DNA from: an uncultured Treponema sp.
GTDB lineage: Bacteria > Spirochaetota > Spirochaetia > Treponematales > Treponemataceae
DNA length: 64,000 nt
Reading direction: 5' to 3'
Assembly: GCA_947166355.1 (NCBI GenBank)
Contig: CAMVDX010000012.1
Coordinates: 3,585-67,584 of the forward strand
The translations under genes and the position numbers were made by a program. Below the pieces are notes generated by a model, which ran no database searches, was not told the origin of the DNA, and was given only the letters and a program-made list of their open reading frames with translations. Of this stretch, positions 1-9,204 are shown one piece after another (the stretch's first letter is position 1; each line of letters opens with the position of its first letter).

Positions 1-117
1 GGCTCAGGCATAGCCTTCGCCGAGACTCGCTAAAAACAGTCCACTGGACTGTTTTTGCCTGCGTTGCAGGCCGCTCCCTAAGGGGGCGACTTTCCCCTCC
101 TAAAAGCTAATAGCTAG
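1..117. repeat. Multi-hairpin repeat, family D (AAAAACAGTCC-act-GGACTGTTTTT core) ending in a CTAAAAGCTAATAGCTA tail
   Basis: Hairpins at 32-56 and 57-71; related copies at 21145-21225, 47882-47920 (opposite strand) and 54327-54381. May be truncated by the window edge. Confidence 0.8.
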
Positions 118-1553
118 AGAGTAGGATACTTATCGAAGTAGGCCTTTGTTTCTTTTGCAACTACTCCACTGAGGGCAATAAGTGCGATACAGTTAGGAAT
201 TGCCATAAGACCATTGAAAATATCTGCTACAGTGAATACAACATTTACAGTAAAGTAAGGGCCGATTGCAACTGCAACGATGTAGAGCCAGCGGTAAGCC
301 TTAACTGGTCCCATATTTCCCTTTGTAAGATACTCAAGACATTTTTCTGAATAATAGTCCCAGCCAAGAATTGTTGTAAAGGCAAAGAAAGCAAGACAGA
401 GCATAAGAAGAATCTGAACACTGTGTCCGTCGCCGCCAAGAACCTTTGAGAAGGCCTGAGCTGTAAGGGCTGAACCTTCAAAGCCGGCATTCCATGCTGT
501 AACACCACCAATCATATCTCCATAGAAAGCAATTACAATTGCAAGACCAGTCATTGTACAGATAATCAGTGTATCAATGATTGTACCTGTCATGTTTACG
601 AGTCCCTGCTCTACAGGCTCGTTTGTCTGTACGGCAGAAGCGGCGATAGGGGCAGAACCAAGACCAGCCTCGTTTGAGAAGATACCACGTGCAATACCCT
701 TCTGCATCGAATCTGTAATCTGTTTGAATACGAAGCCCATTGCACCGGCTCCAACTGCCTTCCATCCGAAAGCAGACTTGAAGATGAGAGCGAAGGCGCC
801 AGGAATCTTCATTGCATTCATGATAAGGATTGAAAGACCGAGGAATACATAAATTACTGCCATTGCAGGAACTACTTTTTCTGCTACTTTTGAAATACGC
901 TTGATACCGCCGATTACTACGAGGGCTGTACAAACTGTTACAATGATTCCTGAAATTACTGTTGCCCAGGTGTGGTCTTTACCAAGGAAGGTAAAGGCAA
1001 TGTGAGCACTGGTAGGGTCGAAAGCGTTGTTTACTGCCGAAGTGATACCATTAATCTGAGTCATTGTACCAATACCCATGATACCGGCAAGAGCTCCGAA
1101 TACTGCAAAGAGAACTGCGAGCCACTTCCACTTTGGTCCCATTCCTTTTTCGATTGTGTAGAAAGGCCCACCAAGAACGTGACCATCAGCTGAAACCTCG
1201 CGATATTTAATTGCGAGCATACATTCTGCATATTTTGTTGCTGTACCAAGAATTGCGGCAATCCACATCCAGAAGAGGGCTCCTGGTCCGCCGCCTACGA
1301 TTGCTGTTGCAACACCGACAATGTTACCTGTTCCGATTGTAGCTGAAAGAGCTGTACAGAGGGCTGCAAATCCAGAAAGTTCTCCTTTTCCTTCATTTTC
1401 CTTGAAAATTGATTTGAAGGCGCGACCAAACTTTGTAAACTGAATGCCGCGTGCACTGATGGTCATAATAAGACCAGTGGCAAGAATTAAAATGATTGTA
1501 GGGATTCCCCACACGATTCCGTCAATGGAATCAATAATAGAAGTGAATGTCAT
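114..1553 (-). CDS. agcS: Na+/H+:alanine/glycine symporter (AGCS family)
   Basis: Motifs TIGTGNIVGVA, GGPGALFWMW, RGIFSNEAGLGSAP; many TM helices. Confidence 0.93.
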   Translation of the reverse strand: MTFTSIIDSIDGIVWGIPTIILILATGLIMTISARGIQFTKFGRAFKSIFKENEGKGELSGFAALCTALSATIGTGNIVGVATAIVGGGPGALFWMWIAAILGTATKYAECMLAIKYREVSADGHVLGGPFYTIEKGMGPKWKWLAVLFAVFGALAGIMGIGTMTQINGITSAVNNAFDPTSAHIAFTFLGKDHTWATVISGIIVTVCTALVVIGGIKRISKVAEKVVPAMAVIYVFLGLSILIMNAMKIPGAFALIFKSAFGWKAVGAGAMGFVFKQITDSMQKGIARGIFSNEAGLGSAPIAASAVQTNEPVEQGLVNMTGTIIDTLIICTMTGLAIVIAFYGDMIGGVTAWNAGFEGSALTAQAFSKVLGGDGHSVQILLMLCLAFFAFTTILGWDYYSEKCLEYLTKGNMGPVKAYRWLYIVAVAIGPYFTVNVVFTVADIFNGLMAIPNCIALIALSGVVAKETKAYFDKYPTL

Positions 1554-1730
1554 GTTTCCACCTTATTGAGAGAGTTTTGCAGGATTCAGACGGGTGCACA
1601 GGCCGAAATGCCATGACAGGATTTGCAGCCACCGCAAGTCTCCTTTACTATATTTTATCGGATTTTTTGTTTCTATTCATCATTACAAGGTAAAAAATTG
1701 TGAAAAAATCACAAATAATAGATTGTAAAT

Positions 1731-1946
1731 GGATTGCTTCGCTTTGCTCGCAATGACGAAGCAGCTGTATGGATTGCCGCGTCGCAATGACGAAGCAGCT
1801 GTAAAGGATTGCCGCGTAGCAATGACGGAATTGGCGAGTCCTACGTCATTGCGAGCAAAGCGTAGCGATTCTAGCTTGATAATTAATATCAAGCTAGAAA
1901 ACGAGTGAGTCAAGGCTTTAAGCGATAGCGTGCCTTGACGCACTCG
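1731..1946. repeat. Cluster of REP-like palindromes (family A) plus two further hairpins
   Basis: Three GGATTGC...GCAATGAC units (1731, 1771, 1806), an inverted CGTCATTGCGAG unit (1844), a 13-bp stem at 1869-1899 and a stem at 1902-1946. Confidence 0.85.
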
Positions 1947-2011
1947 TAAGCATTCCATTTTTGAAGAGAATTTGACAATTTTCAATTTTTTCAACAATAT
2001 ACAATACAATT

Positions 2012-3361
2012 ATGGCACAAAATAAATCACGTGGCGCTTTGCCAATGCTCAAGCTTACCCTGCCTATTGCAATGGAGCAGTTTTTTAGAATCTTAGTTTC
2101 CTCTGTAGATACAATGATGCTCAGCTCTTACAGCAACGATGCGGTTGCGGCTGTAGGTCTTGTTTCTCAATATTCTTTCTTTTTGACTATTCTTTTTTCT
2201 GTAATCGGAACCGGATGTTCTATTGTTCTGGCTCAGTATCTTGGTGCAGAAAAATCTGAAAGTGAATTAAACCATATTGCCCAGGCAGGCGCAGTTATGG
2301 TTTTTATTATGTCGATTTTTATGACTGCCCTCGTAATTTTGGGAACAGGCTGGCTGCTTGACCGTTATACGCTGGAGCCTGTTGTTCGCCATTATGCCTG
2401 GCAGTATTTTGTAATTTACGGCGGCATCTGTTGTTTCTTCCAGGCCTTCAGTTTGCTGCAGGGAGCGATTTTAAGAAGCTACGGCTACACTAGCGAAGCA
2501 ATGATTACTTCGATTGTTGCTAATCTTACAAATGTACTTGGTAACGCGCTTTCGCTTTACGGCTGGTTTGGTCTGCCGGTGCTCGGAGTTCCAGGTGTTG
2601 CGGGTGCTTCCGGTCTTTCTATGCTTGTTTCCTGCATTCTGTTCCGTGTATTTATTAAGCGCCGCCGTGATGTTGTTTTCCACATGCGGGGAATTACAAA
2701 GGTTCCGCGCGAAGCCTTTAAGCTGGTTTTAAAGGTTGGTGTTCCGACTGCAGGAGAAAGCCTTTCTTACAACGTAAGCCAGATAACAATTATGGCAATG
2801 ATTTCTACACTGGGAACTTATGCAATGTCTGCTCAGGTTTATACAATGACTATTCTGCGCTTTGTATTTGTTGCGGCAATTGCGATTGGTCAGGCTACTC
2901 AGATTAAGGCCGGCTATTTTGTCGGTGCCAAGCAGAATGAAATTGTTTACAAAAAGGTGCTCAGATATCAGTTAGTTGCGACTACCTGCTCAATGGTTAT
3001 GATGGTGGTTGTGAATCTGATTAAGCGGCCGGTTATTGGAATCTTTACAGATATTCCCGAGGTCGTCGGTTTTGTAAGCACACTTCTTATTTATTCAGCT
3101 TATATTGAGTTTGGCCGTTCGCTGAATCTGATTTATGTCGGCGCACTGAAAGGTGCCGGAGATGTGCGGTTCCCAGTTCTGTACGGAATTTTTTCTAACT
3201 GGACATTTATGGTTCTTGGAAGCTATATTCTCGGACTTAAGTTTGGTCTCGGCCTCGTTGGCTTCTGGCTCGGAATCGGTACTGATGAAACTACCCGCGG
3301 CTTTGTAATGCTCTGGCGCTGGAAAAGCAGAAGATGGCAGAAGCACGCACTGGTAAAATAA
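2012..3361 (+). CDS. MATE family transporter
   Basis: About 12 TM helices, VDTMML, GALKGAGDVRFP and C-terminal RWKSRRW. Confidence 0.9.
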   Translation: MAQNKSRGALPMLKLTLPIAMEQFFRILVSSVDTMMLSSYSNDAVAAVGLVSQYSFFLTILFSVIGTGCSIVLAQYLGAEKSESELNHIAQAGAVMVFIMSIFMTALVILGTGWLLDRYTLEPVVRHYAWQYFVIYGGICCFFQAFSLLQGAILRSYGYTSEAMITSIVANLTNVLGNALSLYGWFGLPVLGVPGVAGASGLSMLVSCILFRVFIKRRRDVVFHMRGITKVPREAFKLVLKVGVPTAGESLSYNVSQITIMAMISTLGTYAMSAQVYTMTILRFVFVAAIAIGQATQIKAGYFVGAKQNEIVYKKVLRYQLVATTCSMVMMVVVNLIKRPVIGIFTDIPEVVGFVSTLLIYSAYIEFGRSLNLIYVGALKGAGDVRFPVLYGIFSNWTFMVLGSYILGLKFGLGLVGFWLGIGTDETTRGFVMLWRWKSRRWQKHALVK

Positions 3362-3433
3362 AAGTACTCTGTTATTACGTCTAGGTTCAGCGAAAGGCTG
3401 AAATAGTCGCAGGGTACAGACTGCAGGTTTTAG

Positions 3434-4363
3434 ATGAACTTTTTTGATTTTTCTTTTGTTGCGGAAAATTTGGAGAACTCTGATTTATACGGAAGTGATT
3501 CTTCCGTAGCAAACATGTATCTCCTTCAGAATAAATACAACACTCAGTTCAAAATAAAAAAGAATGTTCTTCTGCGCTATTACACCGGCAACGAAAATCG
3601 GACCGGATACGCATTCCCTCTTTTTCTGATGGGTTCAGATCTGCCATTATCATCTGATGAAAAACTCAGACTTGCCCTGGAATTGCTTTTCGAAGATGCA
3701 GCCGAAGAAAAGCGTGAAGTGCGATTCTGTCTGATTACTCAGGAACAGAAAAATCAGATTGATTCCTGCCTTGACCGTTATTATTCTGAACATCGTGTTT
3801 CCTGGAAAACTAACCGCGATGACAGCGACTACATCTATCTTCAGAAAAATCTGTCTGAACTTCCAGGCTCTAATTATCAAAAAAAACGAAATCATATTTC
3901 GCGTTTTAACAGAATCTATGGAACTGACTGGGAATTCAAACTTTATCCACAGAATGATATAAAGGCAGACCTCCTTGCAGTTTCTGAAACCTGGTTTAAG
4001 GAAAAAGACGGCGAGAATAATCATGCTTTATGTCTTGAGCTCGAGAGCATAAAAATAGCTCTGGAAAATCAGAAGCTTTTTAATCTTCGCGGCGGAGTTC
4101 TTTATATACATGGCAAACCTGCCGCAATGACGTTAGCCTCGCCTATCTCGGATACTGTGCTTGATGTTATTTATGAAAAGTCAATTTTTGAATACGAAAA
4201 GGATGGTTCATACGCTGTAATAAATCAACAGTTTGCAAAACGCTGCGAAACTTTTCTGTATTTTAATCGGGAAGAAGACATGGGAATTGAAGGTCTTCGC
4301 AAAGCAAAGCTTTCATACAAGCCTTCAATTATTCTGGAAAAATTTTTCGGCAGGGTAGAATAA
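3434..4363 (+). CDS. DUF2156 / aminoacyl-phosphatidylglycerol synthase-like GNAT domain protein
   Basis: DYIY..L..L.G..Y.KKRNH and NREEDMGIEGLRKAKLSYKP motifs. Confidence 0.85.
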   Translation: MNFFDFSFVAENLENSDLYGSDSSVANMYLLQNKYNTQFKIKKNVLLRYYTGNENRTGYAFPLFLMGSDLPLSSDEKLRLALELLFEDAAEEKREVRFCLITQEQKNQIDSCLDRYYSEHRVSWKTNRDDSDYIYLQKNLSELPGSNYQKKRNHISRFNRIYGTDWEFKLYPQNDIKADLLAVSETWFKEKDGENNHALCLELESIKIALENQKLFNLRGGVLYIHGKPAAMTLASPISDTVLDVIYEKSIFEYEKDGSYAVINQQFAKRCETFLYFNREEDMGIEGLRKAKLSYKPSIILEKFFGRVE

Positions 4364-4974
4364 TGCTTTCATCCATCCTTTCAAAATCAGATTGTGCCGC
4401 CTGTAAATTCTGCTGCAGCTTCCGAAGACAAAGCTTATGGGAAACTCCAGTTTTTTACGAAGAAGACATTCCGGATATAAAGAAACTTTTCCCAGAGGTA
4501 AAATTCCGCGAGCTTGAAACTGGGTCCGGCAGCTGTGAAGGCCCGCAGACTGCAGCTGCAAATTCAAAAGTATACACCTTTGACATTTATGATAAATACA
4601 AAACCAATTCTAGTGAAGAAGAAGCTCCCTGCCCATTTTTGGACACTGAAAAAGGCTGTAAGCTGCCACAGGAGCTAAAACCTTTTGACTGCAAAATCTG
4701 GCCGCTGCGGGTTGTAAAGATTCCAAAAAACAGAAAACCTGCTGAATTCTCAGAAACTCCTTCACCCGAAATTGACAATCCTGCCGCCGCCTTGCCGCGC
4801 CTCGCCGTGGTTCTCACACCGACCTGCCCCGCAATCAATAAAATCCCTTTTGAAAAAGTACAAGCTCTGGCAGAAGGCGGTCTTGGTAAAACTATATTGG
4901 ACTACGCCGCATCTCACCCTCAGATGATAAAAGAATATTCCGAGTTCTTATCAAAAATCGTATATAAACAATAG
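4363..4974 (+). CDS. YkgJ-like Cys-cluster (Zn/Fe-chelating) protein
   Basis: CxxCxxCC ... CPFL ... GC ... KPxxCxxWP; TAATG coupling to the upstream gene. Confidence 0.8.
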   Translation: MLSSILSKSDCAACKFCCSFRRQSLWETPVFYEEDIPDIKKLFPEVKFRELETGSGSCEGPQTAAANSKVYTFDIYDKYKTNSSEEEAPCPFLDTEKGCKLPQELKPFDCKIWPLRVVKIPKNRKPAEFSETPSPEIDNPAAALPRLAVVLTPTCPAINKIPFEKVQALAEGGLGKTILDYAASHPQMIKEYSEFLSKIVYKQ

Positions 4975-5043
4975 ATTGCTTAGTCACATTCGCTCCCCGC
5001 AATCAGGGCTTTCGCATTATAATTCACATTGTAATTCACTCTC

Positions 5044-5072
5044 TTGTATAACTTGGTTAAACGTTTTAATAT
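5044..5072 (+). promoter_or_regulatory. Sigma70-like promoter overlapping a LacI-type operator
   Basis: TTGTAT-17-TAATAT with TGGTTAAACGTTTTA (5054-5068) in the spacer. Confidence 0.5.
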
Positions 5073-5080
5073 AACCACCT

Positions 5081-6487
5081 ATGAAGCTTTTTCAACGTCA
5101 ACCTGCATTTTATAAGGGCGTTTTTGCGCTCGCTCTTCCTATAGCTCTTCAAAGTCTTATCAGCATTGGTGTAAATATGCTCGATACAATTATGGTAGGA
5201 AGCCTTGGTGAAACAGCGCTTTCCGCTACATCACTCGCCAATTCGTTTATCAGTATTTATCATATTTTTTGTATGGGACTTGGAATGGGCGCCTCTGTTC
5301 TTGTTTCCCGTTACTGGGGAATGAAAAGGGCTGCAGGTGGTGATGAAGAAAAATCAGCTGAGGCTGCTGAAGCCGGCCGCGCCTTAAAACAAACCGTCTG
5401 CCTCATGCTTAGAATCACTCTTGGGCTGGCCGCTATTTTCGCCCTGCTCACACTTTTCATTCCTTCAGCCATTATGAAAACCTACACCAGCGACAGCGAA
5501 ATTATAAGGCTTGGAGATATTTACTTCCGCTGGTCAGTTATAACTTACTTTTTCCTGGGCACCGGGTTAGTCTCAACTATCGTACTGCGAAGTGTGGGCC
5601 AGGTAAGGCTGCCGCTTTATGTTTCTATCGGAGCTTTTTTTGTAAACCTCGGAGCAAACTACGCTTTTATCTTTGGTAAGTTTGGAGCTCCACGAATGGA
5701 AGTTGCCGGGGCGGCACTGGGAACTCTGATCGCACGCCTTTTTGAAGCCGCAATGATTCTGGGATATCTTTTCTTTAAGGATAAAAATATTCGCTTCCGC
5801 ATTCGTGACCTCTTTATGAAAACCGGTTCTCTGCTTGGAGAGTACATAAGAATCAGTATTCCGGTTTTAGTAAGTGACGGAATTCTTGCCATCGGAAACA
5901 ATTCGGTTGCAATGGTAATCGGACATCTTGGGGCGGCGTTTGTTGCAGCTAACGCAATTACAAGTGTAACTCAGCAGCTGAGCACTGTTGTAATTCAGGG
6001 CGTTTCACAGGCAGGAGCAATTGTCACCGGCCAGACGCTAGGCCTCGGTGACCGCCATAAAACTATGGATCAGGGCTGGATGTTCTTTGGACTCGGTCTG
6101 GCACTTGGAGCTGTGTCGGCCGCCTTCATTATGGCAGTCAGCCACCCTATCATCTCAACTTATAAAGTTAGTGAAGAAACTGTAAAAATCGCAGAACAGC
6201 TTATGGCAGCCATCAGTATCATCATAATTTTCCGCGCCACAAACTCCATCATGACAAAGGGCGTTCTCCGTGGCGGTGGCGATACAAAAATGCTCATGAT
6301 TGCAGACAACATCTTCCTCTGGGTACTCGCCATTCCTTTTGGTATTCTCGCAGGCTTCGTATTCCACTGGTCAGCCTTCTGGATTTACATAGCCCTCAAA
6401 TCTGACGACATTGTAAAAACTTTCTGGTGTCTCGGCAGACTTAAGAGCGAAAAGTGGATTAAGAAAATCTCGACGGGAAAGAAATAA
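5081..6487 (+). CDS. MATE family transporter
   Basis: LDTIMVGSLG, GAALGTLIAR and GVLRGGGDTK motifs. Confidence 0.9.
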   Translation: MKLFQRQPAFYKGVFALALPIALQSLISIGVNMLDTIMVGSLGETALSATSLANSFISIYHIFCMGLGMGASVLVSRYWGMKRAAGGDEEKSAEAAEAGRALKQTVCLMLRITLGLAAIFALLTLFIPSAIMKTYTSDSEIIRLGDIYFRWSVITYFFLGTGLVSTIVLRSVGQVRLPLYVSIGAFFVNLGANYAFIFGKFGAPRMEVAGAALGTLIARLFEAAMILGYLFFKDKNIRFRIRDLFMKTGSLLGEYIRISIPVLVSDGILAIGNNSVAMVIGHLGAAFVAANAITSVTQQLSTVVIQGVSQAGAIVTGQTLGLGDRHKTMDQGWMFFGLGLALGAVSAAFIMAVSHPIISTYKVSEETVKIAEQLMAAISIIIIFRATNSIMTKGVLRGGGDTKMLMIADNIFLWVLAIPFGILAGFVFHWSAFWIYIALKSDDIVKTFWCLGRLKSEKWIKKISTGKK

Positions 6488-6580
6488 TAACATTATTCAA
6501 ATTTGCCATCTATTCAATGATATCTATACGATTCGCCTAACGGGAGATATATTATATATATAGCAGGCTGGAGGCGAGTT

Positions 6581-7330
6581 ATGGCAAAGAAACCTACTGT
6601 AATAATTGAAGACGATTCCGAATCACTCAAAGAAAAGATTCATAAACGCTTTGAGGCGGCGAATCAAAAATCACTTGGTATTATTTCTGATTTTTTTGAA
6701 AACGGCTACAAGGAAATGCTGGCCCGACTGCTTTTTTATCTGCCAGAAGAAAACAGAAGCCAGGCACTCGACAAGCTTCCTCCGGAATTACGCAAAAATG
6801 TAAATGATATTTTTTTATCCTATGGCCAGAAGAAAAACACAGATCCCGACGTTTCAAGCACTGCCGGCTATGTTCTAAAAAAAGCAGGCTTTTACGGAAA
6901 AGCTTGTGCACATGAAATTCTTAATAATGACAATTTTAAGCCTCTGACAATTCAGGAACTAGATTACTTCTTTAACATCAATCCTCTGCTTGCACTGAAC
7001 ACCGAATATTACGGGGTTTCTCTTTCTATTCTTTTGAATCTTGATGACCGGGCAATTCAAAAATGGCTTCGCGATGTTGAGGAACGGGATTTAGCTATCG
7101 CTTTAACCGGTGCGGATGAAGAAATTAAAAACAAGATATTCAGAAACATGAGTCGCAGGGCAGCAAACTTGCTTAGAGAAGATATGGAGTTTATGGGGCC
7201 AGTCCGACGCAAGGATATAATTGAAAAGCAGAAAAAACTAATCAATCTTCTCTTTCGGCTGGAAGATAATGGGGATATCGTAATAGCTTCAGATTATTTT
7301 AATACCATTGGTGATAATCTTGTATTTTAG
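6581..7330 (+). CDS. FliG C-terminal domain-containing protein
   Basis: LDDRAIQKWLR...IFRNMSRRAANLLREDMEFMGPVRRKD matches FliG-C; GGAGG SD. Confidence 0.82.
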   Translation: MAKKPTVIIEDDSESLKEKIHKRFEAANQKSLGIISDFFENGYKEMLARLLFYLPEENRSQALDKLPPELRKNVNDIFLSYGQKKNTDPDVSSTAGYVLKKAGFYGKACAHEILNNDNFKPLTIQELDYFFNINPLLALNTEYYGVSLSILLNLDDRAIQKWLRDVEERDLAIALTGADEEIKNKIFRNMSRRAANLLREDMEFMGPVRRKDIIEKQKKLINLLFRLEDNGDIVIASDYFNTIGDNLVF

Positions 7331-7360
7331 GAAGAATGAAAATCTTACAGGACAGCTTTT

Positions 7361-9100
7361 ATGATTGAGAAAATATATTTTTATCGAAAATTTACAGGCA
7401 GTGAATTTATTCTCAGTAAGTCGGAAAAAACAGTTATTCCTGTTCGTCTCAAAAATCAATTTATTCCGGACTCTTTTATCTTTGATGCCCAGAAAAAAAG
7501 CTGGCAGAAAGCATCTGTCATCCCCGAAGAAAATGAAATATTTCAGCCTGTTGAATTTGTTGACTTTCCACTAAAACCTCTTTCACCAGTCTTTTTCCCT
7601 GTTTCAAAAAATTCCTCGGTAGACATTGAAGATTTATCGCCCGCAGAAATGGCAGAATATTATATATACAGAAATGATCAAAGAAGATACTTCGCAAACG
7701 CAAGATATTACAATGACTCCAATAAAATATGCAAAGATTTTTTCTCAGCAGAAATTGAAGTTGATTATGAAAAGCTGATTCTGCAGTTAAGCTTTACCCG
7801 TTTTATACATCCTGAAATAACAAGCAATAAAACGCCACAGACCGACTCTAATCTATCCTTATCTGTCTATTCAGATGAACCTTCTCACCCCCCTATAACT
7901 TCAACTGATACTTTTATTTTTGATATGAATAAAGGGCTTTTTTCGAGCAACGCACTTAAACCAAATATAGATGACATTTATGTAGTTACGGGAGAAGCAA
8001 CTGAAGATTATCAAAAATTTCAAAAGCTCTTGTCTTCCTTAAAACAACTGGAACTCAAAACCTATCCAAAAGCTGTGTTATGTGAGGCTTACAAAAAGTT
8101 TTGCAGCCTTGCTCAAAAATATACTGGTCTCAAAACCGTTCCGACTGCAAGTGACCCGCTTGCTAAAATGGATAAATCTGAAGAAGCCCGCTTTCTTTCA
8201 GAAATGTACATTCTTACAAAGCTGCCTTGCGAACCAAAGCTTTATGGAATTCTGATGAATCAGGAAGTCCACGAATTAAAAATCAATTTTAAATACAAGC
8301 GCAACGACACAAAAGTCCTGAACAAATTTTTACAAAAGGCTCATATCAAGAACTATCGGATTCTCAAAAAAGAATATGCTGAAAATCCGCTTTCACTGCT
8401 AACCTTCAGACGTCTTAAGGACGACGGCTTCCGAAACTTAAATCTTTATAATAAAGTTATTCAGAATCAGGACTTTATGGAAGAAATAAATAACGCCCCT
8501 CGAAAAGCCTTAATTTTCTTTTTACGCTACAGCCTAAAACACCGCAGTGAAATTGCAACTCTTAATACCTTCCTGAAAACTAAGGATGGCTTTAACAATG
8601 ATGAAAATACAGATGAGATGGATTTTTATTTGGATAAATATGATGCCATGGAAATGTTTCAGAAATATTTTCGCCATATACCAAAGCAGCTTCGAAAAGA
8701 TATTTTAAAAGACGGTTTTACGACTTTTAATCACGATGCGCTGGCAAATCTTACTTACAAAGTAAAAAATAAAAAAATCACTTTCAAATATTCTCAAGCA
8801 CAGCAAGCTTTAGAAGATGATATTGACGGTTATTCCTTCAGGCTGCCGCAAAACAGTTTTCAATTATGTGAGATTGGAACAACCCTCCACAACTGCGTAG
8901 CTTCCTATGCTGAAAAAGTTTCTAAAAACGAATCTACCATCGTCTATGTAACAAAGGATGACAAATATCAGCTTTGCATAGAAGTCCAGGGCAACGAAAT
9001 CATTCAGGAACGTGCAGACAGAAATGCAGCGCCATCCTCTGAAGAAAAAATCATTCTCCAAAAATGGCACGAACGCCACGGCCTGAAAACTAACTGCTAA
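7361..9100 (+). CDS. Large protein with C-terminal PcfJ-like domain
   Basis: C-terminal FRLP...LCEIGTTLHNCVASY...CIEV...Q...N pattern. Confidence 0.7.
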   Translation: MIEKIYFYRKFTGSEFILSKSEKTVIPVRLKNQFIPDSFIFDAQKKSWQKASVIPEENEIFQPVEFVDFPLKPLSPVFFPVSKNSSVDIEDLSPAEMAEYYIYRNDQRRYFANARYYNDSNKICKDFFSAEIEVDYEKLILQLSFTRFIHPEITSNKTPQTDSNLSLSVYSDEPSHPPITSTDTFIFDMNKGLFSSNALKPNIDDIYVVTGEATEDYQKFQKLLSSLKQLELKTYPKAVLCEAYKKFCSLAQKYTGLKTVPTASDPLAKMDKSEEARFLSEMYILTKLPCEPKLYGILMNQEVHELKINFKYKRNDTKVLNKFLQKAHIKNYRILKKEYAENPLSLLTFRRLKDDGFRNLNLYNKVIQNQDFMEEINNAPRKALIFFLRYSLKHRSEIATLNTFLKTKDGFNNDENTDEMDFYLDKYDAMEMFQKYFRHIPKQLRKDILKDGFTTFNHDALANLTYKVKNKKITFKYSQAQQALEDDIDGYSFRLPQNSFQLCEIGTTLHNCVASYAEKVSKNESTIVYVTKDDKYQLCIEVQGNEIIQERADRNAAPSSEEKIILQKWHERHGLKTNC

Positions 9101-9153
9101 AGTTTTCTCTGATTTTCCTCAAAAATAATAAACTTTCAAATATAATAGAGTAA

Positions 9154-9185
9154 TGTTATACTTTTTTTAATAAAACGATTTACCA
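9154..9185 (+). promoter_or_regulatory. Extended -10 plus LacI-type operator upstream of the GH51 gene
   Basis: TGTTATACT at 9154-9162; TAAAACGATTTACCA at 9171-9185. Confidence 0.5.
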
Positions 9186-9204
9186 TTATATGTGAGGTAA
9201 AAAA

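Noticed and set aside
1554-1650. Glycine riboswitch or T-box upstream of agcS
   Set aside because: Only a GGAGA and a CTCTC fragment are present; the CCGAAG/CTCTCAGG core and the T-box consensus are not.
1731-1830. Repeat-spacer-like periodicity suggesting CRISPR (also 45406-45510)
   Set aside because: The spacers are identical or near-identical and too short, the units are palindrome-end duplications, and there are no cas genes.
1683-2009. 108-aa ORF on the minus strand (and similar ORFs at 32616, 32822, 43224, 46763, 46881)
   Set aside because: They are translations of palindromic repeats (VIASxAKQS-type peptides) with no SD or recognisable domain.
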